Source of the DNA: an uncultured Acidimicrobiaceae bacterium
Lineage (GTDB): Bacteria; Actinomycetota; Acidimicrobiia; Acidimicrobiales; Bog-793
Length of the DNA: 64,000 nucleotides
Reading direction: 5' to 3'
NCBI GenBank assembly: GCA_963761425.1
Contig: CAVXGQ010000005.1
Coordinates: 316,760 to 380,759, forward strand
Part shown: positions 39,571 to 50,359 of the stretch, in pieces
Layout: each line of letters starts with the position of its first letter
Position numbering within the stretch: position 1 is the first letter of the stretch
The notes under the pieces: model-generated
Told to the model about the DNA's origin: nothing
Seen by the model: only the letters and a program-made list of their open reading frames with translations
Database searches by the model: none
Translations under genes and position numbers: made by a program

Positions 39571-42500
39571 TCAACTCGCCTGCGGCCCGAGCCCCACAGC
39601 CAGATTCAGCCGCTCCAGGAACGGCTTCGCCCCGAGCTGGGTGAAGTTGTCCCTGGCCTCCTTGACCGCGGTGGCATCCGGGTAATCGGGGCCGAGCAGC
39701 AAGACGAGGTCCAGCTCGCATAGAGCAAGGTCGAGAGTGCACTGGAGTGCCCGCCAAGCCTCGATGGCCTTCCGGTAGGACTCGGCCGCCTCCTCCACAC
39801 GCCCGTCCAGTGCGGCCAGCCCGGCCTCCGCCGTGAGCCGCGCCGCCGCCACATGCCGGCCGCGGAAGGCCTTCATCGCCGTCAGGGCTTCTTGCACACC
39901 CTCCACGTCGCGCAGCCAGAGGCAAGCGCGTGCCTGGATCGCCAGGGAACTTGGGCTGTTGACTCCCGTTGGGTCGGCCGACACCGCCTCGGCCGACTCC
40001 CGCCGCGCCGCTTCCAAGTCACCTGCCGCGAGGTCCACGAGAGCCCGAGCCTTCAGGTAGGTGGCACGTCCGGCAACCATTTCTGTGGCCGCCCAGCGGT
40101 CGGCGTGTACGAAGAGTGTCGAGGCCTCTGCAGGGTTCCCCGTGAGCGCCATCAGCAGCCCTTCGTTGCAGCTGAGAAATGCCCTCTGTTCCGAAGGAAG
40201 GTCTCTCTGTCGAAGCTCTGTGATCGCGGCTCGAGTATCACTCCACTCCCCAAGGAAAAAGGACAACTCGGCACCGTTGAGCAGGTTCCCGACTTCGAGT
40301 CCTCGATGCCCTGCCCGCCTGGCCCATTCTGCTCCCTCGAACCAAGCGGACAATGCCTCTCGCGGGTCGTCGCCGGAAATGCAGAAGCTCAACATCGTCC
40401 AACCGAGCGCCTTTTCCAAAAGGGAGCCGGCTGCCTCGGCGAGGGCCACTCCCCCGCGGGCGAGGATGACGGCCTCCCGCTGACGCCCGAGGTTGAACAG
40501 CGCGATCGCCCTGGCGCCGATCGCCTCGGTGAGCAACTCGATGTCGTCGAGCCGCTCGGCGAGGACGAGGGCCGTCTCGGACCATTCCAGCGCATGTCCG
40601 TACGACCCGGCGCTGCTGTGCGCCCTCGCCAACGCGCAGGCGAGTTTCGCTCTCACGTTCTCATCGCCGTCATCCCCGACGGCATGGAACACGCGCACAC
40701 ACAGCTCGATCTCCTCGGAGTAGCGACTCGTATACAGGAGGACGGAGGCCAATCCGACAGTGGCGCGGCCGGCTGCATTCGCGTCGCCGGTTGCCTCGTA
40801 GTAGGCGATGGCCTCCTCGTAGAGAGTGACCGCCCGGTCATAGGCGGACGCGAACCATGCGGCCTCACCGGCGAGCTCGAGCAGGGCGGCACGTTCGGTC
40901 CCGGCGGTGGTCACCTCCAAGGCTTGCTCGAAGAAAACGAGCGCCTGTTCGGGGGAACCGAGCGAAAGCGCACGTCGGCCGGCACGCGTGAGCCAGTCCC
41001 GGGCAGCCGCGGCAATGAGACCGGCCTCGGGGCCTTCGGGGGCGGCACGGTGAGCCTCAACGTAGTGGGCTGCCACGAGGGAAGTGAGTTCGTCGTCTGC
41101 GAGAGACTCGAGATGACGGGCCAGGGCCAGGTGCTTGGCACTGCGGTCCCGGCGGGACAAGGTCGCGTAGGCCACCTCTGCGATGAGGCCCTGCACGAAG
41201 CCGTACTGGCCCCGCTCGGGTGAGCGGGGGTCGGTGTCGAGTGAGAGGAATTCTCTTTGCACGAGGTCGTGGAGATGGCCCTCCAAGCTTTCGTGGTCGC
41301 CACCGTGCACCACGGCAAGGGACGCGGTCGTGAAGGTCCTCCCGACGACGGAGGCGTCTTCCAGGAGCGATCGCTGTTCTGTTGACAACGTGTCCAGGCG
41401 CGAGGCGATGAGGGCGTGCAGGGTGTCGGGTATCTCGAGGGAACCGATCTCGCCGGCGAGGTGGTAGGCCCCCTCGTCCTGTAAGAGGACGCCTTTGTCG
41501 GCGAGCATCCTGACGGTCTCGACGGCATAGAGAGGGACACCTTCCGAGCGCTCGAGGATCTTGTCTCTGAACTCAGAGGGGAGGTCCTTGACGAAGCCCT
41601 CGAGGAGCTCGGCCATGGCTTGATCGGAGAGTGGCTCCAGGTGAAGCGAGGTGAAGGCGCGCTGTCCTGCCCCCCAGTTGGGCCTGCGGTCCATGAGCTC
41701 TGGGCGCGAGAGGGTGATCACCAAAATGGGGTGGTTGCGGGACCACTCGAGTATCGACTCTATGAAGTCGATGAGGCCGGGGTCGGCCGACTGCAGGTCC
41801 TCGAAGACCATGACAATCGGGCCGCGTTCAGAGACTCGTTCGAAAAAGGTCCGCCATGCGGAGTACAGCTCCTCGCGCTCTCCTGGCGGGGCGTCCCCGA
41901 GACCGAGCAGGTGCGCGAGGCGGGGCTCGATCCAGCGGCGCTCCTCGGGGTCGGAGACGTACTCGCAAAGCGACGAAGAGAGCTTGGAGCGTGACGAGGC
42001 GGCGTCCTCGGACTCGTTGATGCCGGCTCTCGTGCGTACCATCTCACCGAGGGCCCAGAAGGTGATGCCCTCGCCATAGGCAGGAGAGCGGCCCTCGTGC
42101 CAGTAGACGGTGTCCGACAGGCCGTCGACGTACTTGCGAAGCTCCCAACAAAGGCGGCTCTTGCCGATGCCGGGTATGCCGCTCACCGAGACGAGACGCG
42201 CCTTCTTCTCGCGGGCGGTGGCGTGAAGCAGTTCCTTCACAAGGCGCAGCTCCTCGTCACGGCCGACGAAGGGGGGCTCCAGGCGTTTTGTGCGACCGAC
42301 GCCCTTGCGCTGTGCCACGACCCTTTCCGCACGCCAGGCACGGACCGGCTCTTCCTTGCCCTTCAAGTTGAGCTCTCCGAACTCGCTGAAGGCGATCGCC
42401 CCGGAGGCGGAGCGCCAGGTGGCCTCGTCGACGAGCACCGAACCTGGCGGGGCGACGCTTTGGACCCTGGAGGCGACATTGACCGTGTCGCCGATCACCA

Positions 42501-43077
42501 TGCCCTCTGACACCTTGCCGATGGTGATCGCGACCTCCCCGGTGACCACCCCTGCCCGTGCCAAGAGCTCCAGGCCGGACTCGGCGCCGAGCTCGGCCAC
42601 AGACGCCACGATGTCGAGCGCGGCGCGGACCGAACGCTCGGCGTCGTCCTCGTTCGCTACCGGTGCCCCCCAGATGGCCATGACCGCATCGCCGATAAAC
42701 TTCTCGACCGCGCCCCCGTAGTTGGCGACGATGGCCTGGGCACGCTCGAAGTAGGAAGAGAGCAGCTCTCTTGTCTCCTCAGGGTCGCGTTTCTCCGCGA
42801 AGGGCGTGAAGCCGACCAGGTCGACAAACAGCACCGAGCACAGGCGGCGCTCGCTCGTGGTGGCGACTTGAACCGGCTGCGCGACACCGCCCGGGGATGC
42901 ACGCGATGAGGCGGAAACGACCGGAGCTGCAACCAGCGTCCCGCAGTTGGCGCAGAACGGCTTGCCCGAAAGAAGCTCCGCACCGCAGGACGCGCACTGT
43001 GCCGCCAACGATCCGCCACAGTTTGCGCAGAAGCGTTTGCCGTCCGGAGTCTCGCCTCCACACGCTGGGCAGCGCAT
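39571..43077 (-). CDS. Class III adenylate/guanylate cyclase with double zinc ribbon, AAA ATPase and TPR region
   Basis: Four CxxC; FVDLVGFT, KFIGDA, GDTVNVASR, GIPGIGKSR and EDLQ motifs. Confidence 0.93.
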   Translation of the reverse strand: MRCPACGGETPDGKRFCANCGGSLAAQCASCGAELLSGKPFCANCGTLVAAPVVSASSRASPGGVAQPVQVATTSERRLCSVLFVDLVGFTPFAEKRDPEETRELLSSYFERAQAIVANYGGAVEKFIGDAVMAIWGAPVANEDDAERSVRAALDIVASVAELGAESGLELLARAGVVTGEVAITIGKVSEGMVIGDTVNVASRVQSVAPPGSVLVDEATWRSASGAIAFSEFGELNLKGKEEPVRAWRAERVVAQRKGVGRTKRLEPPFVGRDEELRLVKELLHATAREKKARLVSVSGIPGIGKSRLCWELRKYVDGLSDTVYWHEGRSPAYGEGITFWALGEMVRTRAGINESEDAASSRSKLSSSLCEYVSDPEERRWIEPRLAHLLGLGDAPPGEREELYSAWRTFFERVSERGPIVMVFEDLQSADPGLIDFIESILEWSRNHPILVITLSRPELMDRRPNWGAGQRAFTSLHLEPLSDQAMAELLEGFVKDLPSEFRDKILERSEGVPLYAVETVRMLADKGVLLQDEGAYHLAGEIGSLEIPDTLHALIASRLDTLSTEQRSLLEDASVVGRTFTTASLAVVHGGDHESLEGHLHDLVQREFLSLDTDPRSPERGQYGFVQGLIAEVAYATLSRRDRSAKHLALARHLESLADDELTSLVAAHYVEAHRAAPEGPEAGLIAAAARDWLTRAGRRALSLGSPEQALVFFEQALEVTTAGTERAALLELAGEAAWFASAYDRAVTLYEEAIAYYEATGDANAAGRATVGLASVLLYTSRYSEEIELCVRVFHAVGDDGDENVRAKLACALARAHSSAGSYGHALEWSETALVLAERLDDIELLTEAIGARAIALFNLGRQREAVILARGGVALAEAAGSLLEKALGWTMLSFCISGDDPREALSAWFEGAEWARRAGHRGLEVGNLLNGAELSFFLGEWSDTRAAITELRQRDLPSEQRAFLSCNEGLLMALTGNPAEASTLFVHADRWAATEMVAGRATYLKARALVDLAAGDLEAARRESAEAVSADPTGVNSPSSLAIQARACLWLRDVEGVQEALTAMKAFRGRHVAAARLTAEAGLAALDGRVEEAAESYRKAIEAWRALQCTLDLALCELDLVLLLGPDYPDATAVKEARDNFTQLGAKPFLERLNLAVGLGPQAS

Positions 43078-43309
43078 CCGCCACCTCCTCTGCTGGCCAG
43101 AAGGCTATGGCCGAACGGGTGCACGTGCACCCTGCACCCGCTCATGCCGGCGGCTTCGGGGACCTTTCCGGACCCCATTGCTTGCAGCTTGGGCAGGATG
43201 ATCCTTCGCCAAGCTGTTCGGCGCTTGGCTGGTCGCCCTGACTCTCGTTGCCGCGGTATACCCGCACGTCGCAGTACCATCGTCGCGTCATCGAAGACAG
43301 GAGCTAGCT

Positions 43310-43744
43310 ATGTACAAATCGGTCCTTGTAGCGACCGACGGCTCCGAGACCGCTGGCGAGGCAGTCCGGATCGCCACAGAGCTAGCGAAGGAATTCGGCG
43401 CGATCTTGCATGTCGTGAGCGTGTACCAATCGGGAACGAAAGGGGCACCTCATATTGCGGGGATGATCGGCCCCTACCCCGGGTCGGTCGACTCGCTCAG
43501 CATCGCGGACACCTTGTTGGAGGGCATCGCCTCGCTCGCCCGAACCCAGGGTGTAGAGACACACACATACGCAGTGTCGGGCACGGTCGCTGATCGAATC
43601 GTGGCCGTGGCCGAAGAGCAACAAGTGGATCTGATAGTTGTGGGCAACAGGGGCATGAAGGGCGCCAAGCGGATACTCGGCAGCGTCCCGAACTCAGTAG
43701 CGCACGCAGCGCCGTGCGCGGTTCTCATCCACAGCACGACCTGA
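43310..43744 (+). CDS. Universal stress protein
   Basis: VATDGS, DLIVVGNRG and LGSVPNSVAHAAPCAVL motifs. Confidence 0.95.
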   Translation: MYKSVLVATDGSETAGEAVRIATELAKEFGAILHVVSVYQSGTKGAPHIAGMIGPYPGSVDSLSIADTLLEGIASLARTQGVETHTYAVSGTVADRIVAVAEEQQVDLIVVGNRGMKGAKRILGSVPNSVAHAAPCAVLIHSTT

Positions 43745-44344
43745 CAAGCTCCGGTGTGGCCATCGACGACCCGCTCCTTCGCCTCGAGCTTCACGCCAGC
43801 TCGGTCGATCTGCTCCACGCTTTGCTCAGCGCGCTCGAGGCAGCGAGCGAGGACACTGGCTCTGTGTTTTTACGCCGAGCACCTTCTCTATCTCGAGAAG
43901 TACCTCCTGCGGTGCCACAAGATGATGCCTGTCGACATCGGAGAGGCGACCGTCTAATCGGCACCGTCTCCAGAGGCGTGTCTTCGAGCATGCATATTTA
44001 GCGATTTGCATCCGCGGAACTGTCCCAGAACGTTCAGCCGACAGGATGCCTCGGGGTCGCCCGGATGTGCCGGTCGGGGGCACTCGCCAGGCTCAAGCCA
44101 AACCAAGCCGTTACGGTTCCCCACGGCGCGTACCCGCACCGTTAGCCTGACGGTGATGGACCGGATCGGCGGGTCAGGGCGAGCTTGCGTCCTCGAAGGT
44201 CGGCGCAGACCCTCGAGCAACTGGCGCGGACGAAGGGGCGCCGAAGGTCGCAGGAGTTGGTGATCAGGGTTGGCGAGGCGATGACGAGTTGATCGGAAAC
44301 GATCGTTGAGTCTGATGAATGGTGCTTCCCCAGGGGAGAAGAAG

Positions 44345-45397
44345 ATGGCGGCAACGGAAACCGTGGAATTGATCGACCTGTCAGCGGTGATGCAGCCCAT
44401 CGCTGGAGACGCGGCCGGGAAGAACCTGCTTTCCATGCGACAGGTGAGTGCCGACGACCTGCACACCTATCTGGAAGAAGCCTACGCGGCCGAGAAAGTC
44501 ATCCAGGATCCGGCGCGCCGCGGCCTGAACTTGTTGCCTCGGGCGGTCATGAAGGCCATCATGCGACAACCTTCGACCCGAACCGGGGGCAGCTGTACCT
44601 CGGCCATGCGGAAACTGGGCGGTTCCGCAGAACTGATCAGCGGCATGAGCGGCTCGTCGGAAGCCAAGGGAGAATCGCTGGCCGACTCCTGGGTGGCGTT
44701 TGCCACTCAAGCTGACATTCTTGGCATTCGGACGGCAGAGAACGGAGGTCCGGCGTTTGCCGCGCATGTCATCGCCCAGGCGGTGGAGTACGGGCAATTG
44801 TCACAGGTCGTGCCGGTCATCAACCTGGGCGACGGCCACAACGAGCACCCCACCCAGGCGTTGGGCGACATGTTCACCATTCACAAGAAGTTCGGGAGAT
44901 TTGAGGGCCTGGTGGCCGCGGTGGTTGGTGATCACGAGCGATACCGTGCCCACCATTCCTTCATGATTGCGGCCGCGACATTGGGCATGGACCTGGTGGC
45001 GGTGGAGTCACCCGCCGCGCCGGTTCCCCCGGAGTTGGTGGAGCTGCTGGGATCGAGGCTGACGAGAACCCAGGATCTGGACGGGGCCATGCGAGACGCG
45101 GACGTCTTGTATCTGGGCCGCAATCCCGATGAGTACACGGGGGAGGACCCGGCGGAGATCGTGCGGGCGGAGCAACTGGCCCGTGACTACACCACGTGGG
45201 TCGTCGATTACGAGAGAATCCAACAAATGTCACCGGACAGCATCGTGATGCACCCGCGGCCAAGACGGGACGAGCTCGACCCCAGCGTTGATTGCGATCC
45301 CAGAATGAAAGACGTGGAGCAGATGGCGAACATGATCCCGATGCGGATGGCCATCATTGCCCAGCATCTTGGCGAGTCAATTCTCAAGAACCTGTGA
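44345..45397 (+). CDS. Divergent stand-alone aspartate-carbamoyltransferase-like protein
   Basis: PSTRT, SEAKGESLAD, INLGDG...HPTQ and MHPRPR motifs. Confidence 0.8.
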   Translation: MAATETVELIDLSAVMQPIAGDAAGKNLLSMRQVSADDLHTYLEEAYAAEKVIQDPARRGLNLLPRAVMKAIMRQPSTRTGGSCTSAMRKLGGSAELISGMSGSSEAKGESLADSWVAFATQADILGIRTAENGGPAFAAHVIAQAVEYGQLSQVVPVINLGDGHNEHPTQALGDMFTIHKKFGRFEGLVAAVVGDHERYRAHHSFMIAAATLGMDLVAVESPAAPVPPELVELLGSRLTRTQDLDGAMRDADVLYLGRNPDEYTGEDPAEIVRAEQLARDYTTWVVDYERIQQMSPDSIVMHPRPRRDELDPSVDCDPRMKDVEQMANMIPMRMAIIAQHLGESILKNL

Positions 45398-46359
45398 AGT
45401 CGCCACCAGCTGAGCCAGACGAGTCTCGGATCGGCACCTCCTTGGCACGTGCAGTCGGTGGGGGAACCGGCGTTGGCGGTTGCGTGACCGGGTAGGGGAG
45501 AGAACCTCGATCTCGGCGCGAAGCCGGAAACCGTGCTGCTCTTCACTCTCCTCGTGCTGATGTGGGGGGAATGCTCGCCCTGAAGCCTCCGTCGAGGTGA
45601 GGAGCGGCGATCGTCAGGGCCTGTTTCACAGCAGGCCTCCGGGACCGGTTCGCCGGGGTGCGGCAGACCTCGACCACCTTTCAAGTGGCCCCAGGGGTGG
45701 GCCAACCCGACACTGCTGATCCCACGAAGCGTTGTCGGGCTGCCCGCCCGGTTGGCGGGGCCCACCTCTCACGGGTCGACCAGACGCGGTGCGCCGGGCT
45801 CGTCGAGGGGGTGGCCCCGCCCGAGTTTTCCTGGCGCTTCCCACCCAGATTGTCCGACCGATGGGCGTCTTCTGCGAAAGAGATCTCTCCGTCTCCGAGA
45901 AAAGCTGGCGATTCTTGATCGTCGCGGCACCCGGTGTTGCCTTGTTTCCACAGGTCGATGCCTCGCGAACTCGAAGGCGCGGTCGAAGCGACCCCAGAGG
46001 GGGCCACCGACGACGGTGGGACCCGGAGCACTCGCGCGACAAAGGCGGCCCGTAGGTCCCAGCGTCTCGGCTTCGCGAGTGGCCGGCCGAAAGAGGGAAG
46101 AGAGCCAATGTCACAGGCCGCCGGTAGCGTCCCGCGTCCTATCGAATCGCGTTCGCGATCCCTTCCTGCCAGCGGTTCCGGGCCTTCCCGGTTGCCGTGG
46201 CGACCCGTTGTCCCGCCATGGGTCCTCCTGGTGGCGTCCCGGTCGGAGTTTCGTTCCGGTTGCCGCATCTTCAGCTGACTCGCGACGTGCGGGGCTTAGG
46301 CCTCGGCGTCGCCGCCATCTCATCTGCATCGCACCAGCACGACACGAAAGGACAGAGAA

Positions 46360-46995
46360 GTGACCGCGCGGATCGAACGTTCGGATGTCATGGTGCGGCT
46401 GGCCGAGGGGATCGTCAACCTCACGTCCTCCGAGGAGTGGCGGCGCTACCTGGAGTTTCAGAGCCGCTTCCACAGCTACAGCTTCAACAACGTGCTCCTC
46501 ATCGCGGCCCAGTGCCGCGAGGCGACCCAGGTGGCCGGTTTCAGCGCCTGGCGCAAGGTGCACCGCTTCGTGCGCAAGGGCGAGAAGGCCATCTGGATTC
46601 TCGCCCCCATCATTGACCGGCGGGGCAGCGCGACAGACGGCACCCCCGACCCCGAGGTGCGCGGCTTCCGGTTCGTGCCGGTGTTCGACGTGTCCCAGAC
46701 GGAGGGACGAGAGCTACCGTCGGTCTGCAGCCGGCTCGTCGGTGACGACCCGGCTGGACACTATGGGCGTCTCCTCTCGGTCGCCCGGCACTTCGGCTTC
46801 GACATCGAGGATCACGAGTTCGACGGCAACGTCAACGGAGAGTGCTCCCATGCCGAGCATCTCATCCGGATAGAGAGCCGGAACACGCCAGTCCAACGGG
46901 TTAAGACCCTGGTTCACGAGATCGCCCACGCTCTGCTCCACGAGAGCTTCGACGATCAAGCGCTCGCCGAACTCGAGGCGGAATCGACCGCTTAC
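46360..46995 (+). pseudogene. ardC-like gene, N-terminal part (interrupted)
   Basis: FHSYSFNNVLLI, AGFSAW, VRKGEK, VFDVSQT, HEIAH and ELEAESTAY; homology resumes at 52332. Confidence 0.88.
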
Positions 46996-47132
46996 CCACT
47001 TATCTGGACAAGTGGAGACTTCAGAAGGAGATCGACTTGTTCGGCCCAGTTTCCAATGAGAGATCGATAGTCGTTGAGGAAGAGGTCGCTCGGGTCCCCC
47101 AGCTCGGCGGTCGAGAGTGGTCTTCTGGTGGG

Positions 47133-48305
47133 GTGGAGGCGAACGAGTTCCGGGTGAGGCGTCGTCGAGAAGGCGCCAGCGGCGCTCCTTGCGCACTCGT
47201 CGACGGCGCGGGCCATCCGGTGCCGATCATCTCGGGCTTTCTCCGATACTTGACGGCCCGGGGTTGCTCACCGAACACCGTTTCGGCCTACGCGCACGAC
47301 CTGCTGCACTTTTTTCGCTTCCTCGACGTCGCCGAGCTGACCTGGCAGTCCTTCGGGCCACCGCAGACGATCGAGTTCCTCGAGTACCTGCGCGCCGTGC
47401 CGGCTCGCCGCCCGGGCCAGCGACTCGGCCTCGCTCCCGTCGCCAGGTCCGGCTCTGGCGGCGCGACCCAGTTGAGCCCGCCCACGGTCAACCGAGTGCT
47501 GGCTGCAGTCTCGTCCCTCTACGACTACCTCATCTTGAGCGGCAACCTCACCGCCGGGGACAACCCGCTGCTGAAGCGCCCGGACCCGGCCGCGGCGCGG
47601 GTGTCGGAGCGGCACCGCCCCTTCATGGGCCGTGCCAGTCGCCAGCGCCCGATGCGCCGATCGATTCGGGTCCGGGAGGTCGAGCGCCTGCCACGGCCCC
47701 TCAGCGACGAACAGGTGGCGGCGCTGCTCGGCGAGCTGCACAGCGACCGTGACCGCGCGCTCGTGCTCGTCATGCTGGAGGGCGGCCTGCGTCCTGGCGA
47801 GGCCCTCGGTCTCCAGCTCGCCGACATCTCCTACGGGAGGCGCCGGGTGGTGGTCCGCTGTCGGGACGACCACCCGAAAGGCGTCCGCTCCAAGTCCCGC
47901 ACCGAGCGGGTCGTCGACCTCGGCGAAGGGGCGGCGCTCGCCGCGCTGAGCGCCTACGTGATGGGGAGCCGACCGCGCCACCTGGAGGTGCCCTGGGTCT
48001 TCCTCGTCGGCGGCCGCGGTCCCCGCCGGGCCGAGCCGCTCGGCTACCCCGCTCTCGCCAAGGCCTTCGCCCGGGCGGCGACCCGCGCCGGCATCCGCGA
48101 GCCCTGGGTGACCCCGCACGCCCTGCGCCACACCCATGCCACGAGGATGTGGGAGGGGGGCATGCGCGAGCTCACCTTGCAGCGTCGCCTCGGCCACGCC
48201 TCGGCGGAGTCGACCCGGCTCTACACCAGGGTGGCGGACCGAATGGTCGTCGCCGAGTACAACCAGGCGCTCGGAAACCCGGCCCCGGGAGCCTCCAAGC
48301 GATGA
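47133..48305 (+). CDS. Tyrosine recombinase (TnpA-like)
   Basis: SPNTVSAYAHDL, GLRPGE, HALRH, LGH and RLY motifs; start approximate. Confidence 0.92.
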   Translation: MEANEFRVRRRREGASGAPCALVDGAGHPVPIISGFLRYLTARGCSPNTVSAYAHDLLHFFRFLDVAELTWQSFGPPQTIEFLEYLRAVPARRPGQRLGLAPVARSGSGGATQLSPPTVNRVLAAVSSLYDYLILSGNLTAGDNPLLKRPDPAAARVSERHRPFMGRASRQRPMRRSIRVREVERLPRPLSDEQVAALLGELHSDRDRALVLVMLEGGLRPGEALGLQLADISYGRRRVVVRCRDDHPKGVRSKSRTERVVDLGEGAALAALSAYVMGSRPRHLEVPWVFLVGGRGPRRAEPLGYPALAKAFARAATRAGIREPWVTPHALRHTHATRMWEGGMRELTLQRRLGHASAESTRLYTRVADRMVVAEYNQALGNPAPGASKR

Positions 48306-50359
48306 CCGCCCTTGCCGCCCTCGCCACCGGGGTCGGGGCCGGGGCCCCGACCCCGACCCACGCGAGCGCCGAGGAGTTCGACGAGCTGGTGCGCCGGCTC
48401 TCCCCCGACCCCGACTACCGCCACCGCCGCCAGCGCCAGCGGGCCGACTTTGCCGATCGCTACCCCGACCTCGCCGACTGGTTCGCCGAGCCGCTCGGAA
48501 GACGGGTGGGGCGCCGCTTCGGGGCTCCCCCCGGGGAGCTCGTCGACCCGGTCAGTTACGAGGCCCGCACCTACCTGCTGTTCCTGGGTGTCACCGGCCG
48601 GGTGGCCTTCGACTTCGAATGGCTGCTCGCCGTTCCCTACGTCGGCATCTGGCGCTTCGCCGCCGCCCTCGACCTCGACGTGGCCCGCGTCGCCGCCGAG
48701 GAGTTGCCCGCCGTCGCCGAGAAGCTCGGCTATCGCTCGAGGACCGCCCAAAAGGCGGCGCACTGGGCACTCGCCCGGTTGTTCTTGCACAAGGCCGAGG
48801 CGAGCCTCGACGGGATCACCGTCGCCGACCTCGACGAGCTCTCCGAGGCGATCCGCGCCTTCGGGCACCGCGGAGACGTCGCCAGCTTCCACGGTCCGGG
48901 CTACGAGCGCCTTTCGGCCGACTGGCGGAGCGTGCTGCACCTCCTTCACGTCCTCCTCTACCACCGCGGCCAGGTTGCCGATCCTCCGCGACGCCGGCTG
49001 GTCGCCCCGTCTCGCCCCTCCCCGCTGCCCGAGCCGATGGCCCAAACGGTGACCCGCTACCTCGCGGCGCGGGCGTTGCTCGACCGTCCGGCCACGCTCG
49101 ACAACCTCGAGCGGGGCCTTCGCCGTTTCGCCGGCTGGCTGGCGGCGGAGGTGCCGGGGCTTTCGAGCTGGACCGAGCTCACCCGGGAGCAGGTCCTCGC
49201 CTACGCCGGGTGGCTGGGTGAGGCGCCGAACTCCCGCACCGGGGCCCCGCTGGCGGCCAACACCAAACGTGGCCTGCTCGCTCCGGTGGTGGCGTTCTTC
49301 CGAGACGCCTCGGCCTGGGGGTGGGAGGAGATGCCGTCCCGGCCGTTGCTGGCTGGCGGCGACCTGCCGAAGATCCCCCTCGCCGTTCCCCGTTACATCC
49401 CCGACGACGAGCTTTTCCGCCTGATGGTCGCGGTGCGCGAGCTCTCCTGCCCCTTCCAGCGGGCCGCCCTGTTGGTCGCCCGCTGGAGCGGGGCGCGCCG
49501 CGGCGAGATCGGCCGGTTGCACCTCGACTGCCTCGACGCCTACCCCGACGGCACGCCGCGTCTCCGCCTTCCGGCGGGAAAGACCTACCGGGAGCGGGTC
49601 GTGCCGTTGAACCCTGAGGCGGCGGAGGCCATCCAAGCGGTCCAGGCGCTGCGCTCCGGGCGGGCCGAGCGAGGATTCGTCGACGAGCTCACCGGGACCC
49701 CGACGCGCTACCTCTTCGTCCGCCACGGGACCCGCCTCTCCATGGGCTACCTGTTCGAAGCGGCGCTCCGGACGGCTTGTGGCGCGACGGGACTCGTGAC
49801 GCCGGAGGGCAAGCCGACGATCAGCGCCCACCGCTTCCGCCACACTGTCGGGACCCAGCTTGCCGAACGGGGTGCGAAATTGCACACGATCATGAGTGTC
49901 CTCGGCCACACGAGCGTGTCGATGGCCCTCGTGTATGCGCAGATCAGCGACCGGGAGGTGCTCCGCGACTACCAGGCCGTGCTCGGTCCCGGGGCCGCGC
50001 TCGCCGGGCCGAGCGCCGAGGTGTTGCGCTCGGGGACCCTTCCCGCCGAGGCGGTCGACTGGCTGAAGTCGAACTTCTTGAAGACCGAGCTCGAGCTCGG
50101 TCACTGCCTGCGGCTGCCGGAGGAAGGGCCCTGCGAGTGCGATCTCTACCTCAACTCCGCGAAGTTCGTGACGAGCGCCGCCTACGCGCCACGCCTGCGG
50201 CGTCGGCGCGCCCTCGAGCTTCAACTCGCCGAGGATGCGACCGTTCGTGACTGGCAGCGAGAGGTCGAGCGCCACCGCCGGATCGCGAACCGCATCGAGT
50301 GCCTGCTCGACGAGTTGCGGGAGCCGCTCGACCAACCCGAGGAGAAAGGTGAGAAGTGA
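48302..50359 (+). CDS. Large tyrosine recombinase (TnpB-like) with N-terminal extension and Cys-rich tail
   Basis: ATGA overlap with the upstream gene; GARRGE, GKT, HRFRH, LGH, VYA and HCLR...CEC motifs. Confidence 0.92.
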   Translation: MTALAALATGVGAGAPTPTHASAEEFDELVRRLSPDPDYRHRRQRQRADFADRYPDLADWFAEPLGRRVGRRFGAPPGELVDPVSYEARTYLLFLGVTGRVAFDFEWLLAVPYVGIWRFAAALDLDVARVAAEELPAVAEKLGYRSRTAQKAAHWALARLFLHKAEASLDGITVADLDELSEAIRAFGHRGDVASFHGPGYERLSADWRSVLHLLHVLLYHRGQVADPPRRRLVAPSRPSPLPEPMAQTVTRYLAARALLDRPATLDNLERGLRRFAGWLAAEVPGLSSWTELTREQVLAYAGWLGEAPNSRTGAPLAANTKRGLLAPVVAFFRDASAWGWEEMPSRPLLAGGDLPKIPLAVPRYIPDDELFRLMVAVRELSCPFQRAALLVARWSGARRGEIGRLHLDCLDAYPDGTPRLRLPAGKTYRERVVPLNPEAAEAIQAVQALRSGRAERGFVDELTGTPTRYLFVRHGTRLSMGYLFEAALRTACGATGLVTPEGKPTISAHRFRHTVGTQLAERGAKLHTIMSVLGHTSVSMALVYAQISDREVLRDYQAVLGPGAALAGPSAEVLRSGTLPAEAVDWLKSNFLKTELELGHCLRLPEEGPCECDLYLNSAKFVTSAAYAPRLRRRRALELQLAEDATVRDWQREVERHRRIANRIECLLDELREPLDQPEEKGEK

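Noticed and set aside
43754-44340. Small ORF or riboswitch upstream of the orphan transcarbamylase
   Set aside because: No recognisable protein motif, PyrR site or riboswitch consensus
45398-46359. tRNA/att site or gene in the long GC-rich gap before ardC
   Set aside because: There are some hairpins, but no cloverleaf, T-loop consensus or convincing ORF
48221-50335. 704-aa minus-strand ORF and similar long antisense ORFs throughout the window
   Set aside because: These are expected shadows of real genes in high-GC DNA
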